A stretch of DNA of 57,081 nt from Alphaproteobacteria bacterium UBA2964 (GTDB taxonomy: Bacteria > Pseudomonadota > Alphaproteobacteria > MPNO01 > UBA2964): NCBI GenBank assembly GCA_905182615.1, contig CAJJCG010000084.1:1-57081 (forward strand), written 5' to 3'. The translations under genes were made by a program, and so were the position numbers. The notes beneath the pieces were generated by a model. The model was not told the DNA's origin and ran no database searches. It saw only the letters and a list, made by a program, of their open reading frames with translations. Of this stretch, positions 1-9,833 are shown piece after piece; within the stretch, counting starts at the first letter, position 1, and the number at the start of each line of letters is the position of its first letter.

Positions 1-72
1 CCCCGCTTTGCGGAGCTTTTGAGATGATTAAGAATATACTCGCTTTGCTTCAGCGGGTAAAAGACTATTTTC

Positions 73-1191
73 CTATAACAAATGGCCGCTCTTTTCCTTT
101 TTAACCGAAAGGTAAAACTCATTGTGATCGTTAGAAGGAAACGCATGCGGAACCCGTTCCACGACTTCTATTCCAAAAGACGTTAAACCCTCTACCTTAT
201 CGGGATTATTCGTCATTAACCGGACCTGATCAAAACCAAGCTGTTTTAAAATTCTCGCTGCCGGCAAAAAAATCCGTTCATCCGATTCAAATCCGAGCCG
301 TTCATTGGCCTCAACAGTATCGAACCCCTGGTCTTGCAAGGCATAGGCTCTCAGCTTGTTGGTCAGACCAATGCCCCGCCCTTCCTGTCTGAGATACAAC
401 AGAATCCCTCCGCCTTCTTCGGCTATCTGAGAAATAGCGCCACGAAGCTGTTGTCCACAATCACATTTCAACGAACCAATTAGGTCCCCTGTAAAACATT
501 CGGAATGTATGCGAGCAAGCACCGGCCGGTTGGTCGGTGGTTCACCAATAACAATCGCAAGATGCTCCCGTCCACCATCAGGAGAACGGTATGTCAAAAT
601 TCGGGTATTCTCTGCATTCTCCAATGGAACACGTGCTGCTGTAACCTGCCGAAGCGTACCAGCCGTATCCATTTCATAGGACATGACATCAGATGCCCTA
701 ATCGAAGCGATACCATCCTCAGCTACCAGGTCATCATTGTTCCCATCACAAGGAACCAATATAGCGGACGGTAGCAGGCGGGAAATCTTGGCAAGCTGTA
801 CAGCCGCAATACTGGCGGCACTGACCGGATCCCGATCAGCCGTATAGGGACCACGCAGAGGATTAGCCAAATCAGTCGTCGGGTCAGCAATCGTTCGCGC
901 GCCGTCAGCCGTACGCCATGACTTGAACGGCAGCAGTACAATTTCATCGGTGTATAGGCGAACCTTTAAAGTTCGTGCCCGATGATGGGTAATCGCAATA
1001 GCAGGTTCATCGCCGCCAAGCTCTGCTAACCGGGAGATCGCCTGGTCGGTGCCCATCTCGGCCGCCACCGCAATCACTGTGCTTCCCGCATCATCCCGAA
1101 TCTGTATAGAACGGCCCCGCCGAAAATCATGCGACGCGCGATCAACGGCAAGCATTGCGGCATTACTGGATGTATTTTCTATTGCTGTCAT
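73..1191 (-). CDS. ribA: GTP cyclohydrolase II with degenerate N-terminal DHBP-synthase-like domain
   Basis: [10 protein letters not shown]...KCDCGQQL Zn-binding cysteines, [16 protein letters not shown] and [14 protein letters not shown]-terminus typical of RibA. Confidence 0.93.
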   Translation of the reverse strand: MTAIENTSSNAAMLAVDRASHDFRRGRSIQIRDDAGSTVIAVAAEMGTDQAISRLAELGGDEPAIAITHHRARTLKVRLYTDEIVLLPFKSWRTADGARTIADPTTDLANPLRGPYTADRDPVSAASIAAVQLAKISRLLPSAILVPCDGNNDDLVAEDGIASIRASDVMSYEMDTAGTLRQVTAARVPLENAENTRILTYRSPDGGREHLAIVIGEPPTNRPVLARIHSECFTGDLIGSLKCDCGQQLRGAISQIAEEGGGILLYLRQEGRGIGLTNKLRAYALQDQGFDTVEANERLGFESDERIFLPAARILKQLGFDQVRLMTNNPDKVEGLTSFGIEVVERVPHAFPSNDHNEFYLSVKKEKSGHLL

Positions 1192-1334
1192 CGATACTCA
1201 AGAGATTAGACTCGGGACAATAATCAAACCTACCCCGAATTACGAGTATCAATGTATCAGGTCTAAGTGGTTTAGTTCAAACCCGAACCACCCAAGGCAT
1301 TTCTCGCCGAATTGCTAGGTATCTGTCCAACCCA

Positions 1335-1478
1335 TTAACCGGAAACCCCAGCGCCACCCCTCCACCAAGCATGAATTTCATTCGGTGTCGCCTTAATGAC
1401 TTCCGTACAGCCAACGATTAACAAGGCACAAAGTATTAAGGCCACGATTCGAAAGCAGTCAGACAAAATCTCAGGCAT
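1335..1478 (-). CDS. Putative small lipoprotein, 47 aa (MPEILSDCFRIVALILCALLIVGCTEVIKATPNEIHAWWRGGAGVSG), possibly a remnant
   Basis: Hand translation; starts 4 nt after the upstream stop; hydrophobic stretch ending in lipobox-like LIVG-C; below ORF-track cutoff. Confidence 0.35.
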   Translation of the reverse strand: MPEILSDCFRIVALILCALLIVGCTEVIKATPNEIHAWWRGGAGVSG

Positions 1479-1482
1479 CCCA

Positions 1483-2052
1483 TTAGATAGCTGCAAAAGA
1501 TAGCATGGCAGACTCTAATATCTCTTCCTCAAGATCGGGAAACGTTGCAGAAAGTACGACCCTGACATCGGCATAATCTTCTTCACCCAACTTGGCCTCA
1601 AGACAGGTGAGGTATAACCCTAAATTGGCCGTGCAAATCGCCATTCTCAACGAAGGGTCTAATTCTGGATTTGGTGCCGACGTTACCGTCGACGAAAGAG
1701 CCAGATGCTCAAGATGCTCTCCTTCTATCTCGAGCGATAGAATACTTTTCCGCAAGGCTTCGCAATTTTCAGCAGAAATCGGGGTGAAATCATCCTTAAG
1801 CGCGAGCCTTACAGCGCGGATGCCACAAACAATGTCTTTATTCCAGCGTCGAGATACATCCAACGCCCGCGTTAACGCATCATGATCTATCACCGGGTGG
1901 CCATTATGGCCAAGCCACAGGCTTAAAAGAATAATATTTACATCAAGAATATGCCTATCCTGCAAGGAGATGCAGGCTGTTGAAACACCCTCACGGCCAT
2001 AAACCTGTAGAGCAAAATCCCAAAATGGACATTCTTCAAAAACTAACGACAT
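1483..2052 (-). CDS. TIGR02444/DUF2390 family protein
   Basis: FWDFALQVYGREGVSTACISLQD...DVNIILLSLWL family signature. Confidence 0.85.
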   Translation of the reverse strand: MSLVFEECPFWDFALQVYGREGVSTACISLQDRHILDVNIILLSLWLGHNGHPVIDHDALTRALDVSRRWNKDIVCGIRAVRLALKDDFTPISAENCEALRKSILSLEIEGEHLEHLALSSTVTSAPNPELDPSLRMAICTANLGLYLTCLEAKLGEEDYADVRVVLSATFPDLEEEILESAMLSFAAI

Positions 2053-2167
2053 TGTTCCTCAAGTCCTCTACACAAGAAAATCGTTCAGTAAAAATTACCG
2101 ACACTGGCATGTAGCACCTTTATGACTATCCTACCCCAGCTTCGTGCCATTCGGATAGGAACAGAGT

Positions 2168-3034
2168 ATGAAAAAGCCGCTAGACGGTAAAATTGCTATC
2201 ATTACCGGTGGTGGACGCGGCCTTGGACGAGCGATGGCCCTGGGCTATGCCGAGGCAGGCGCCAGCGGCGTCGTTATAACTGCCGCCAGAAACCGCGACC
2301 AAATTGAATCTGTAAAGGCAGAAATCAATGAAATTGCAGGCCGTAATATCAGTATAGCTATACAAGCGGATGTGACGGACCTGAATGCCTCTCAGGAGGT
2401 TGCCAAGACGACAACAGAGTATTTCGGGCGTATCGATATCCTCGTCAATAATGCCGGTCTTGGTCAGGGGATGATGGCAGATGATCGAGCAAAGTTTTAC
2501 GAAGGAAAGCCTGCGGGCTGGAAAGCAATCGTAGATACCAATATCAATGGCCCGTTTAATATGGCTTACGCTGTCGTCCAAACGATGTTGCAACAAAAAT
2601 CAGGACGAATTCTAAACGTTACAAAGTCACGATCATCAATGTACCGCCCGAACGAATCCCCCTATGGCCCGTCTAAAGCAGCGCTAGAAGCGATGACACT
2701 GTGCTGGGCACAAGACCTGTTAGGTAGCGGTGTCACAGTCAACAGCATAGCACCCGGTGGTGCCGTTGAGACTGAATTCGTTCTCCCTGCAGTGCGCGTA
2801 ATGGCCAGCCAAACACACAAACCATATCTCCCCGCAGAGATCATTGTACCGCCTGCTGTTTGGCTTGCATCCGATGACGCAAGCGAGATAACGGGTTGTA
2901 GATTTATAGGGTCGAAATGGGATACTAGCTTACGATCCGATGACGCCGCAGAGGCAAGCCGAGAAGCTGCCGTCTTTTTACCACCTGAGCGCGACGGCAT
3001 ATTGACAAAAACTTGGGAGCCAACGAAAAGCTGA
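2168..3034 (+). CDS. Short-chain dehydrogenase/reductase (SDR)
   Basis: TGGGRGLG, NNAG, YGPSK catalytic motif. Confidence 0.92.
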   Translation: MKKPLDGKIAIITGGGRGLGRAMALGYAEAGASGVVITAARNRDQIESVKAEINEIAGRNISIAIQADVTDLNASQEVAKTTTEYFGRIDILVNNAGLGQGMMADDRAKFYEGKPAGWKAIVDTNINGPFNMAYAVVQTMLQQKSGRILNVTKSRSSMYRPNESPYGPSKAALEAMTLCWAQDLLGSGVTVNSIAPGGAVETEFVLPAVRVMASQTHKPYLPAEIIVPPAVWLASDDASEITGCRFIGSKWDTSLRSDDAAEASREAAVFLPPERDGILTKTWEPTKS

Positions 3035-3050
3035 ATGGACCAGATGCAAA

Positions 3051-4196
3051 TTAAGCCGCCTTGGCGGTTGCCGGACTATGGGGAGCCGACAAATATTCCT
3101 CGGACTGCATTTCTTCCAGTCGCGACGCAACACGCGTAAATATACCTGCGCCATCACCATCAGGGTACAGATGATCAGGCAACGCCGCTGCTGAACAAAC
3201 TAATTTGGTCTTTTGTTCATAAAGCGTCTCAATAAGAGTCGCAAAACGCTTGGCTATATTCCTGTCATCGGGCGTAAAGAATGGAATGTCGGATACAATC
3301 ACGGTCTGATACTGACATGCGATCGACCAGTAATCTGCGGGACCCAGCGGCTTATCGCATAATTCGGCAAATGGGAAATAAGCCACGCCACGTGCCGCCT
3401 TCGGTACAAGAATGGTCCGTCCATGCACACCAACAGAATCAACTTCACCTTCTGCGCCATCAGTTAACCGCAGAAAAGCATCATCAAGCGCATTCTGAGC
3501 ATTTTTTCCCAAAGGGGAATGATACACCCCAACAGATTTCAATCGGTCCCGGCGATAATCCGTTTCGCTCACCAATTTCACGACCTGCATCTGCTCTTTG
3601 AGTAAATCGATAAAGGGAAGAAAACGCTCGCGCTGCAATCCACCAGCATACAAATCATCCGGTGCGGTATTGGAAGTAGCCACGACAGTGACACCAAATT
3701 CAAACATCGCCTTAAACAATCGTTGGAGAATCATAGCATCAACAACGGCCTCCACCTGAAACTCGTCAAAGCACAATAACGAACTCGTCTCTGATATTTC
3801 CTTCGCTAGGCGCGGCAAAGGATCTTCAGCCTGCTTACCACCACCTTCTTGACGCCACTTATGCAGTTTCTGCTGAACTTCCTGCATAAAGGGGTGAACG
3901 TGCACCCGACGGCGTTTGGCAATCGGCGTCGTCTCATAGAACAAATCCATCAGCATGGATTTACCTCGACCTGGAGGCCCGTAAATATACATGCCCCGCG
4001 GACTGGGATTGCGTTGCGAGCCACCAAATAACGATTTAAAAAGACCGTCTAACCTACCAGTTTTCTCATCCGCCAAAATCAATTCATCATTCAGCGAATG
4101 TAAAACCTCAGCAATCGCGTGCTGGCCAGGGTCGGAACGAATTTCACCCCGTTCGATACGCTGCTTATAGGTGTTGAGTAGACCTTCAGGATTCAT
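3051..4196 (-). CDS. zapE: Cell division ATPase ZapE (AFG1 family)
   Basis: GPPGRGKSMLMD Walker A, LCFDEFQV Walker B, ATSN, RF.TLI..LYE, RVASRLEEMQS. Confidence 0.92.
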   Translation of the reverse strand: MNPEGLLNTYKQRIERGEIRSDPGQHAIAEVLHSLNDELILADEKTGRLDGLFKSLFGGSQRNPSPRGMYIYGPPGRGKSMLMDLFYETTPIAKRRRVHVHPFMQEVQQKLHKWRQEGGGKQAEDPLPRLAKEISETSSLLCFDEFQVEAVVDAMILQRLFKAMFEFGVTVVATSNTAPDDLYAGGLQRERFLPFIDLLKEQMQVVKLVSETDYRRDRLKSVGVYHSPLGKNAQNALDDAFLRLTDGAEGEVDSVGVHGRTILVPKAARGVAYFPFAELCDKPLGPADYWSIACQYQTVIVSDIPFFTPDDRNIAKRFATLIETLYEQKTKLVCSAAALPDHLYPDGDGAGIFTRVASRLEEMQSEEYLSAPHSPATAKAA

Positions 4197-4297
4197 TTAC
4201 TGGATACGGCAGGCTATTGCGGAAATTAAGCTAAGGAGAATAGAAAACAGAGGTAAAATAGCTCTAAATCAATTGAAAAATACTTCAAAAAATATGT

Positions 4298-5020
4298 TTA
4301 AAGAATCTGGCAGCCAGCACGAATCGTCCAGTATTCCCAAGCGCGGTCAATCGCGAGCTCGCCGGTGATCCGCTCACTACATTGTTCTATCTCACCACCG
4401 GTCATATAGCGCGGCTCACCCAACTGCAATGCCTGCATTTGGAGCTTCGCATTCGCTTCCAGATAAATCGCAATCATCACTGCTTCTTTGATCGTATTGC
4501 CGCCAACGACGCAGCCATGACCACGCATCAGAGCGATCCGACCACCCTGCATCCCCTGCGCGAGATCCCGTCCTTGGTCCATATTGAGGACAAGCAACGT
4601 CGTATCACCAAAATTGTCAGCAATATCCCAAATCGGCACAGGACCCAGCATGGTGGACCCCATATGGAAGACCGGCCGAATTTCTGTATCCGTCAAACCA
4701 AATGGGATGACGGCATGTGAATGATTATGGATAACCGCTTTAATATCAGGTCGAATTTCATAAACACCGCCATGAATATGGCGCTCGGCATACATCGGCC
4801 GACCCTGTTGATCGAGTGGGTCACCATCCAGCGTGTACTCCATTAAATCACCCACAGTCACGATACCCGGGCTTCGGGAACAAGCCATAATATACCTGTC
4901 AGGATGATCGGGATGCCGCACGCTGGCATGCCCGAAGGCATCGACGATCCCTTCATTTGCCAGAATCCGATTGGCAATGACGAGTTCCTGAAGAATGACA
5001 TGTGATGTCTCTAAATCCAT
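4298..5020 (-). CDS. Class II aldolase/adducin family protein (start likely MDLETS)
   Basis: DAFGHASVR, AERHIH, HNHSH and LMRGHG metal-binding motifs. Confidence 0.9.
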   Translation of the reverse strand: MDLETSHVILQELVIANRILANEGIVDAFGHASVRHPDHPDRYIMACSRSPGIVTVGDLMEYTLDGDPLDQQGRPMYAERHIHGGVYEIRPDIKAVIHNHSHAVIPFGLTDTEIRPVFHMGSTMLGPVPIWDIADNFGDTTLLVLNMDQGRDLAQGMQGGRIALMRGHGCVVGGNTIKEAVMIAIYLEANAKLQMQALQLGEPRYMTGGEIEQCSERITGELAIDRAWEYWTIRAGCQIL

Positions 5021-5055
5021 ATCGTGCCTACATTTCCTGTGTAACAAGCAAAAAA

Positions 5056-5457
5056 TTAATTCAGACGGATAACTGTCCGAACCGGATTTTTATTGAATAT
5101 CACGACAGCGCCCTTAAACGACGGCGGCCCCAAGAACCCACTCGCGTTATTGCTAAAACCGTAATCCTCCAACGGAATACCCAACAACCCCTGATCAAAC
5201 TCGCCATTGCGGTTTTCATCATGAAAAACCTCAATGGCGTAAGTACCACGTTTCAACCCCTTAACCGAAATTGCCACGCCAGCTGCCTTTGCTGGGACAT
5301 TACCGTAAAAAACCCGACCTTTTCGCTTAGGAAAATTTTCTGGAGAACCGTACACCACGTAGTGAACGCCTCCTTTCCCCGACCGCAGGCCGGTTACTTC
5401 GACAATTAATGTTGCATCCCGAACCGGCAAATCCTTCGCCACTGAAGGCAGCGGCAA
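5056..5457 (-). CDS. DUF2141 domain protein (signal peptide apparently out of frame)
   Basis: GTYAIEVFHDENRNGEFD...GIPLEDYGFSNNA...GPPSF signature. Confidence 0.85.
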   Translation of the reverse strand: MPLPSVAKDLPVRDATLIVEVTGLRSGKGGVHYVVYGSPENFPKRKGRVFYGNVPAKAAGVAISVKGLKRGTYAIEVFHDENRNGEFDQGLLGIPLEDYGFSNNASGFLGPPSFKGAVVIFNKNPVRTVIRLN

Positions 5458-5517
5458 GCAAAACTTAAAGCAAATATCAGCCGCGCAAACCGAAATGCCA
5501 CTGGAAGACGAATATCG

Positions 5518-6219
5518 TCATCCCTTCAAAGTGCTATCAAGATAGCTGATAGTCTTGCCCCAGGAATCAGCCGTTGCCTCCGGGCGGAAACGTTCGGGCG
5601 CTACGAAATTCTGAAAAGCATGACCTGCACCGTCATAGCCATGGAACTCATGCCCGACGTCTAAACGTGTCAATTCCGCCGAAATTTTCTCACGATCTTC
5701 TGGCGAGGGATTCTGATCGTCGTTACCGAAGAAACCACGCACAGTGCCCTTAATTCTACTTAGCAGCTCAAAAGGCGCTGGCCCATCTTCACTCCATGGC
5801 TTGAACATATTACCCGGATAGTAAGATACACAGGCTTTGAAAGCCTCATGCGTGGATGCGCCCAGCAATGCCATGCGACCGCCCATACAGTGACCAAGAA
5901 TTCCAAGATTACCCATATCAACATCACCACGGGCAGCTAGCCAATCGACGGTCGCAGTAACGTCCTGAATAATTTCAGGATCTTTCGGAAACGGGTTTTC
6001 CGAGGCTGGTTCGAGAAGCGGAGGCCAATGATAGAGATCCATCGAAGCGGCCACATATCCCGCCTCAGCAAGGTCATCACAAACCTTCAGTGTAAAATCG
6101 TCATAACCGCCGCGGTGATACATCACCACTACAGCCGGGTGCGGACCGTCTCCAGCAGGTACCGAGTAGGCTATCCGCATCGGGTTTTCGTCAACCTGTA
6201 CTTCGGTATATTCAACCAT
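5518..6219 (-). CDS. Dienelactone hydrolase family protein
   Basis: GHCMGG nucleophile elbow, GAGHAF His; GGGAG RBS before MVEYT start. Confidence 0.9.
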   Translation of the reverse strand: MVEYTEVQVDENPMRIAYSVPAGDGPHPAVVVMYHRGGYDDFTLKVCDDLAEAGYVAASMDLYHWPPLLEPASENPFPKDPEIIQDVTATVDWLAARGDVDMGNLGILGHCMGGRMALLGASTHEAFKACVSYYPGNMFKPWSEDGPAPFELLSRIKGTVRGFFGNDDQNPSPEDREKISAELTRLDVGHEFHGYDGAGHAFQNFVAPERFRPEATADSWGKTISYLDSTLKG

Positions 6220-6388
6220 CAAAATCTCCCAATTACCCAAGATAATCGGCAAAATGCCGCTCTTTTCGTTATTCGGAACGGTAATTTGCCATTGCCCCGA
6301 CGTCAACGCGCGACCACCTTTAATATTGATTCATTGCCCTCCGTTATGCCCATCACTATTATCCGCGCGATAGATTTCAGGATTGCAA

Positions 6389-6991
6389 ATGACCGACAAA
6401 AAAACTGAACCCGCCTGGCTAAAACCAGTCGTTGATTATGTCCCTTTGGCCGTATTTTTTGCTGCCTATCTTTTTGCGCCTAAAACCAACGATAGCACCT
6501 CCCTTCTGACAGCAACCGCCGCGCTAATGATTGCGACGGTCATCGCTTTGATAATCTCTCTGATCGTGGCACGGCGTGTCCCAATGATGCCGCTTATCAC
6601 CGCAATCATCGTTGGCGTTTTTGGAGGCCTGACGCTGTGGCTAAAGGACGACACCTTTATTAAAATGAAGCCGACCATCGTCGAATCCTTATTTTCCCTT
6701 ATTTTGTTTGGTGGACTTCTCTTCAAAAAACCTCTGCTAAAGCCATTGATGTCATCAGCATGGCCAATGGACGATACCGGATGGCACAAACTCACATTCC
6801 GATTTGCCTGGTTCTTCGCCTCCATGGCGGTTCTCAATGAGATTGTCTGGCGTACGCAAAGCACAGATTTTTGGGTCACCTTCAAGGTCTTCGGTTTGAT
6901 GACCCTGACATTGCTGTTTGCTGTGGCGCAGGCCCGGCTTATGCAACGCCATGCCCTGCCTATCGAAGCCGAGCAGAAGAAGGACGGATAA
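6389..6991 (+). CDS. ispZ: Intracellular septation protein A / YciB
   Basis: FGGLTLWLKDDTFIKMKPTI, LNEIVWR, WVTFKVFG; five hydrophobic segments. Confidence 0.93.
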   Translation: MTDKKTEPAWLKPVVDYVPLAVFFAAYLFAPKTNDSTSLLTATAALMIATVIALIISLIVARRVPMMPLITAIIVGVFGGLTLWLKDDTFIKMKPTIVESLFSLILFGGLLFKKPLLKPLMSSAWPMDDTGWHKLTFRFAWFFASMAVLNEIVWRTQSTDFWVTFKVFGLMTLTLLFAVAQARLMQRHALPIEAEQKKDG

Positions 6992-7061
6992 TACGCCGCA
7001 GGACGTCATCCTGCTGGACATGCTAAGCTTTTCTCATTGAAAATCGGGGGGAAGATTAGAT

Positions 7062-8471
7062 ATGGCTCAACCACGATCTTTATTTGAAAAAATTTGGGAC
7101 CGGCACTCCATAACCACGAATGAGGCAGGCCAGTCTCTCCTATTTATTGATCGTCATTTCTGCCATGAACTTTCGTTTCATGCGTTCAACATGCTGCATG
7201 ACAATAACCGTACGGTCCGGCACCCCGAACGAACCTTCGCGATACCCGATCACTACACCCCGACGACCGGTTTAGATGACTCTGACTATGTAGATACCGA
7301 CACAAAAGCACTCGTTCAAAACCTCATCAGCAACGCAGAGCTCAACAAGCTCAACCTGTTTGGCCTGGGAGATGAACGCCGCGGCATCATCCATGTCGTA
7401 GGACCCGAGCAAGGCATTACCCAACCGGGCACAATTATTGTTTGCGGCGACTCTCATACATCAACCCATGGAGCCCTAGGTGCCCTAGCCTTCGGCATAG
7501 GCGCGTCGGATGTCAGCCACGTACTGGCAACGCAGACACTATGGCAGCCCAAGCCTAAATCCATGCGCGTCACGGTGACCGGGAAACGCCCCACTGGTGT
7601 CACGGCAAAGGATGTTATTCTAACTATCATTGGCCATATCGGCGCCGCGGGCGGCACCGGTCATGTCATCGAATATGTGGGCCCAGCCATTCAAGAACTA
7701 TCCGTTGATCAGCGCCTAACCGTTTGCAATATGTCGATTGAAGCGGGTGCGCGCGCCGGAATGATCGCGCCAGATGATACTACCTATAACTACTTACGTG
7801 GCCGCCCATTTGCACCTCAGGGCGACAATTGGGAGCGCGCTGAGGAATACTGGCGTAGTTTACCGACCGACGAAGACGCCACGTTTGACAGAGAAGAAAC
7901 ATTAGACGCTGCCTCGATCGAGCCAATGGTAACCTGGGGGACCAGTCCGGAAGACGTTTTACCTATCGGCGGCGCCATACCTGACCCAGCACAAGAAACT
8001 GACCCCAAGCGTCAGGACGCCTTAAACCGCAAAATGGACTATATGGGCCTCATCCCGGGACAACCGATTTTAGACATCAAAGTTGATCGGGTTTTTATTG
8101 GATCTTGTACCAACAGCCGCATTGAAGATCTTCGAGATGCGGCAAGTATTCTTAACGGCCGTACCGCGCGCATCCCGGCAATCATTGTCCCTGGCTCCGG
8201 ATTAATCCGGGCGCAGGCTGAACAGGAAGGGTTGGACAAAATATTTGAGAGCGCGGGCGTTGAATGGCGCCCGGCAGCCGGTTGTTCAATGTGTATTGGC
8301 GTCAATGGCGATTTCGTCAAAAACGAAGAACGTTGCGCCTCAACATCAAATCGAAATTTCGAAGGGCGACAAGGCCGCGGCGCACGCACGCACCTCGTTA
8401 GCCCCGCCATGGCAGCTGCCGCCGCCGTAACCGGCCATTTCACGGACGTTCGCAAGATGGAGAAAAACTGA
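7062..8471 (+). CDS. leuC: 3-isopropylmalate dehydratase-type large subunit (LeuC/aconitase family; possibly catabolic paralog)
   Basis: GIIHVVGPEQG, CGDSHTSTHGA, FIGSCTNSRIEDLR, GCSMCIG, STSNRNFEGRQG. Confidence 0.88.
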   Translation: MAQPRSLFEKIWDRHSITTNEAGQSLLFIDRHFCHELSFHAFNMLHDNNRTVRHPERTFAIPDHYTPTTGLDDSDYVDTDTKALVQNLISNAELNKLNLFGLGDERRGIIHVVGPEQGITQPGTIIVCGDSHTSTHGALGALAFGIGASDVSHVLATQTLWQPKPKSMRVTVTGKRPTGVTAKDVILTIIGHIGAAGGTGHVIEYVGPAIQELSVDQRLTVCNMSIEAGARAGMIAPDDTTYNYLRGRPFAPQGDNWERAEEYWRSLPTDEDATFDREETLDAASIEPMVTWGTSPEDVLPIGGAIPDPAQETDPKRQDALNRKMDYMGLIPGQPILDIKVDRVFIGSCTNSRIEDLRDAASILNGRTARIPAIIVPGSGLIRAQAEQEGLDKIFESAGVEWRPAAGCSMCIGVNGDFVKNEERCASTSNRNFEGRQGRGARTHLVSPAMAAAAAVTGHFTDVRKMEKN

Positions 8472-9094
8472 TGGAGCCATTTACCTGCTTTACCGCGGTG
8501 GCGGTGCCAATGGATCAGGACAACATCGATACCGATCAAATTTTACCAGCCCGTCACCTCATGATGCCTCGCGACGAACGCTATGGTGGCTATGTTTTTA
8601 AGGATCTACGACTAGACCGGGACGGCAACGAAATTGACACTTTCATCCTCAATCAAGAAGGGTTTCGGCCATCCCGTATTATCGTTGCCGCCCACAACTT
8701 TGGTTGTGGGTCATCCCGCGAAGGCGCGGTCTTTACGCTAGTCGATGCAGGTTTCCGCGCGATTATTGCAACCAGCTTTGGCGACATTTTTTACAATAAC
8801 TCTTTTAATAACGGGCTTCTTCCCGTCGCATTGCCCGAAGAAATAGTTCAGCTTCTAAGACAGCAACTTCATCAGGGGGATGGCGCTGAAGTGACCGTCG
8901 ACCTCGAGGCACAAACCGTCACCGGGCCAGATCGATCAGTCTATCCATTCGAAATTGACGCACATCGCCGCAACCGTCTTTTAAAGGGGTTAGATGCTGT
9001 CGGGTACACATTGCAGTACGAAGATGACATCACCAGATTCGAAAGGCGGTACAGCGAAGATGCTCCGTGGGAATTGTCTGCAGTGCAACAATAA
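8471..9094 (+). CDS. leuD: 3-isopropylmalate dehydratase-type small subunit
   Basis: NIDTDQILP, NFGCGSSRE, SFGDIFYNN; TGATG overlap with leuC. Confidence 0.88.
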   Translation: MEPFTCFTAVAVPMDQDNIDTDQILPARHLMMPRDERYGGYVFKDLRLDRDGNEIDTFILNQEGFRPSRIIVAAHNFGCGSSREGAVFTLVDAGFRAIIATSFGDIFYNNSFNNGLLPVALPEEIVQLLRQQLHQGDGAEVTVDLEAQTVTGPDRSVYPFEIDAHRRNRLLKGLDAVGYTLQYEDDITRFERRYSEDAPWELSAVQQ

Positions 9095-9111
9095 ACCCAG
9101 GAATTGAAATC

Positions 9112-9363
9112 ATGAAAACCTTCCTTGTCATAGTATTTTGGATCGCTCTGCTAGGAGGAACCGGGTATGCAGCCTATGAAACCTGGGTCGGTCTCAACGA
9201 CGTAGAGATTTCAACTCATGGCAAGTTCGCTCTGGCCCTAGGGGTTACCGCCACATTTGCTCTCGGAGCAGGATTAATGTGCCTTGTTTTTTATAGCAGC
9301 CGGAAGGGATATGACGCGGACGACCATATTGAAGCCGCGAAGCCGCGCACCAATGACGATTAG
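9112..9363 (+). CDS. Small two-TM membrane protein
   Basis: Two hydrophobic helices; HG..AL.LGV...LM.LVFYSSRKGYD motif seen in small alphaproteobacterial membrane proteins. Confidence 0.7.
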   Translation: MKTFLVIVFWIALLGGTGYAAYETWVGLNDVEISTHGKFALALGVTATFALGAGLMCLVFYSSRKGYDADDHIEAAKPRTNDD

Positions 9364-9372
9364 TCAGATATT

Positions 9373-9627
9373 TCAATTCTTACGGAGACGGACGCCAACA
9401 CCCTGTGAACCGTCGTCAAACAGGAAATCAACGCCCGCAGACTCAAACGCACCCTGCAAGCGTAAAATCGCGGCATGACGTGGCGGTCGAGTCTCATTCT
9501 CATAGCGATTGATCGTCGATAAGCCGACGCCTGACGCTCCAGCGAGGCGCGGTTGTGTCCATTTAAGCAATCCGCGGGCCGCACGGCATTGATTTGGTGA
9601 CATGGTCTTTATCTCTTGCTTTGCCAT
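9373..9627 (-). CDS. XRE-family helix-turn-helix regulator
   Basis: QCRAARGLLKWTQPRLAGASGVGLSTINRYE...AFESAGVDF. Confidence 0.88.
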   Translation of the reverse strand: MAKQEIKTMSPNQCRAARGLLKWTQPRLAGASGVGLSTINRYENETRPPRHAAILRLQGAFESAGVDFLFDDGSQGVGVRLRKN

Positions 9628-9744
9628 TGCTCCGAATTCACAAAAAGGGATGTTTTAAATTCACAAAACTCCGATCTATTCTATACTGAGCCTGGAGAAT
9701 TTAAATCCCAATCACATTGCCGGGCGCAATTTCCAGAGCCACCC

Positions 9745-9772
9745 TTGACTTCAATTCCGACGTCTCTAGGCT
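9745..9772 (+). promoter_or_regulatory. Candidate sigma70 promoter (TTGACT-N16-TAGGCT)
   Basis: -35/-10-like hexamers upstream of the 9834 CDS. Confidence 0.4.
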
Positions 9773-9833
9773 CGCGTCGAAATCAAACAAGGTGATCATC
9801 CAAATACTCACCGTACCCTGAGGAGTGTATCCC

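Noticed and set aside
1192-1334. FMN riboswitch upstream of ribA
   Set aside because: Only a loose ttcggggtagg...tcccga resemblance and a gatactc/gagtatc inverted repeat; the conserved RFN core elements are absent
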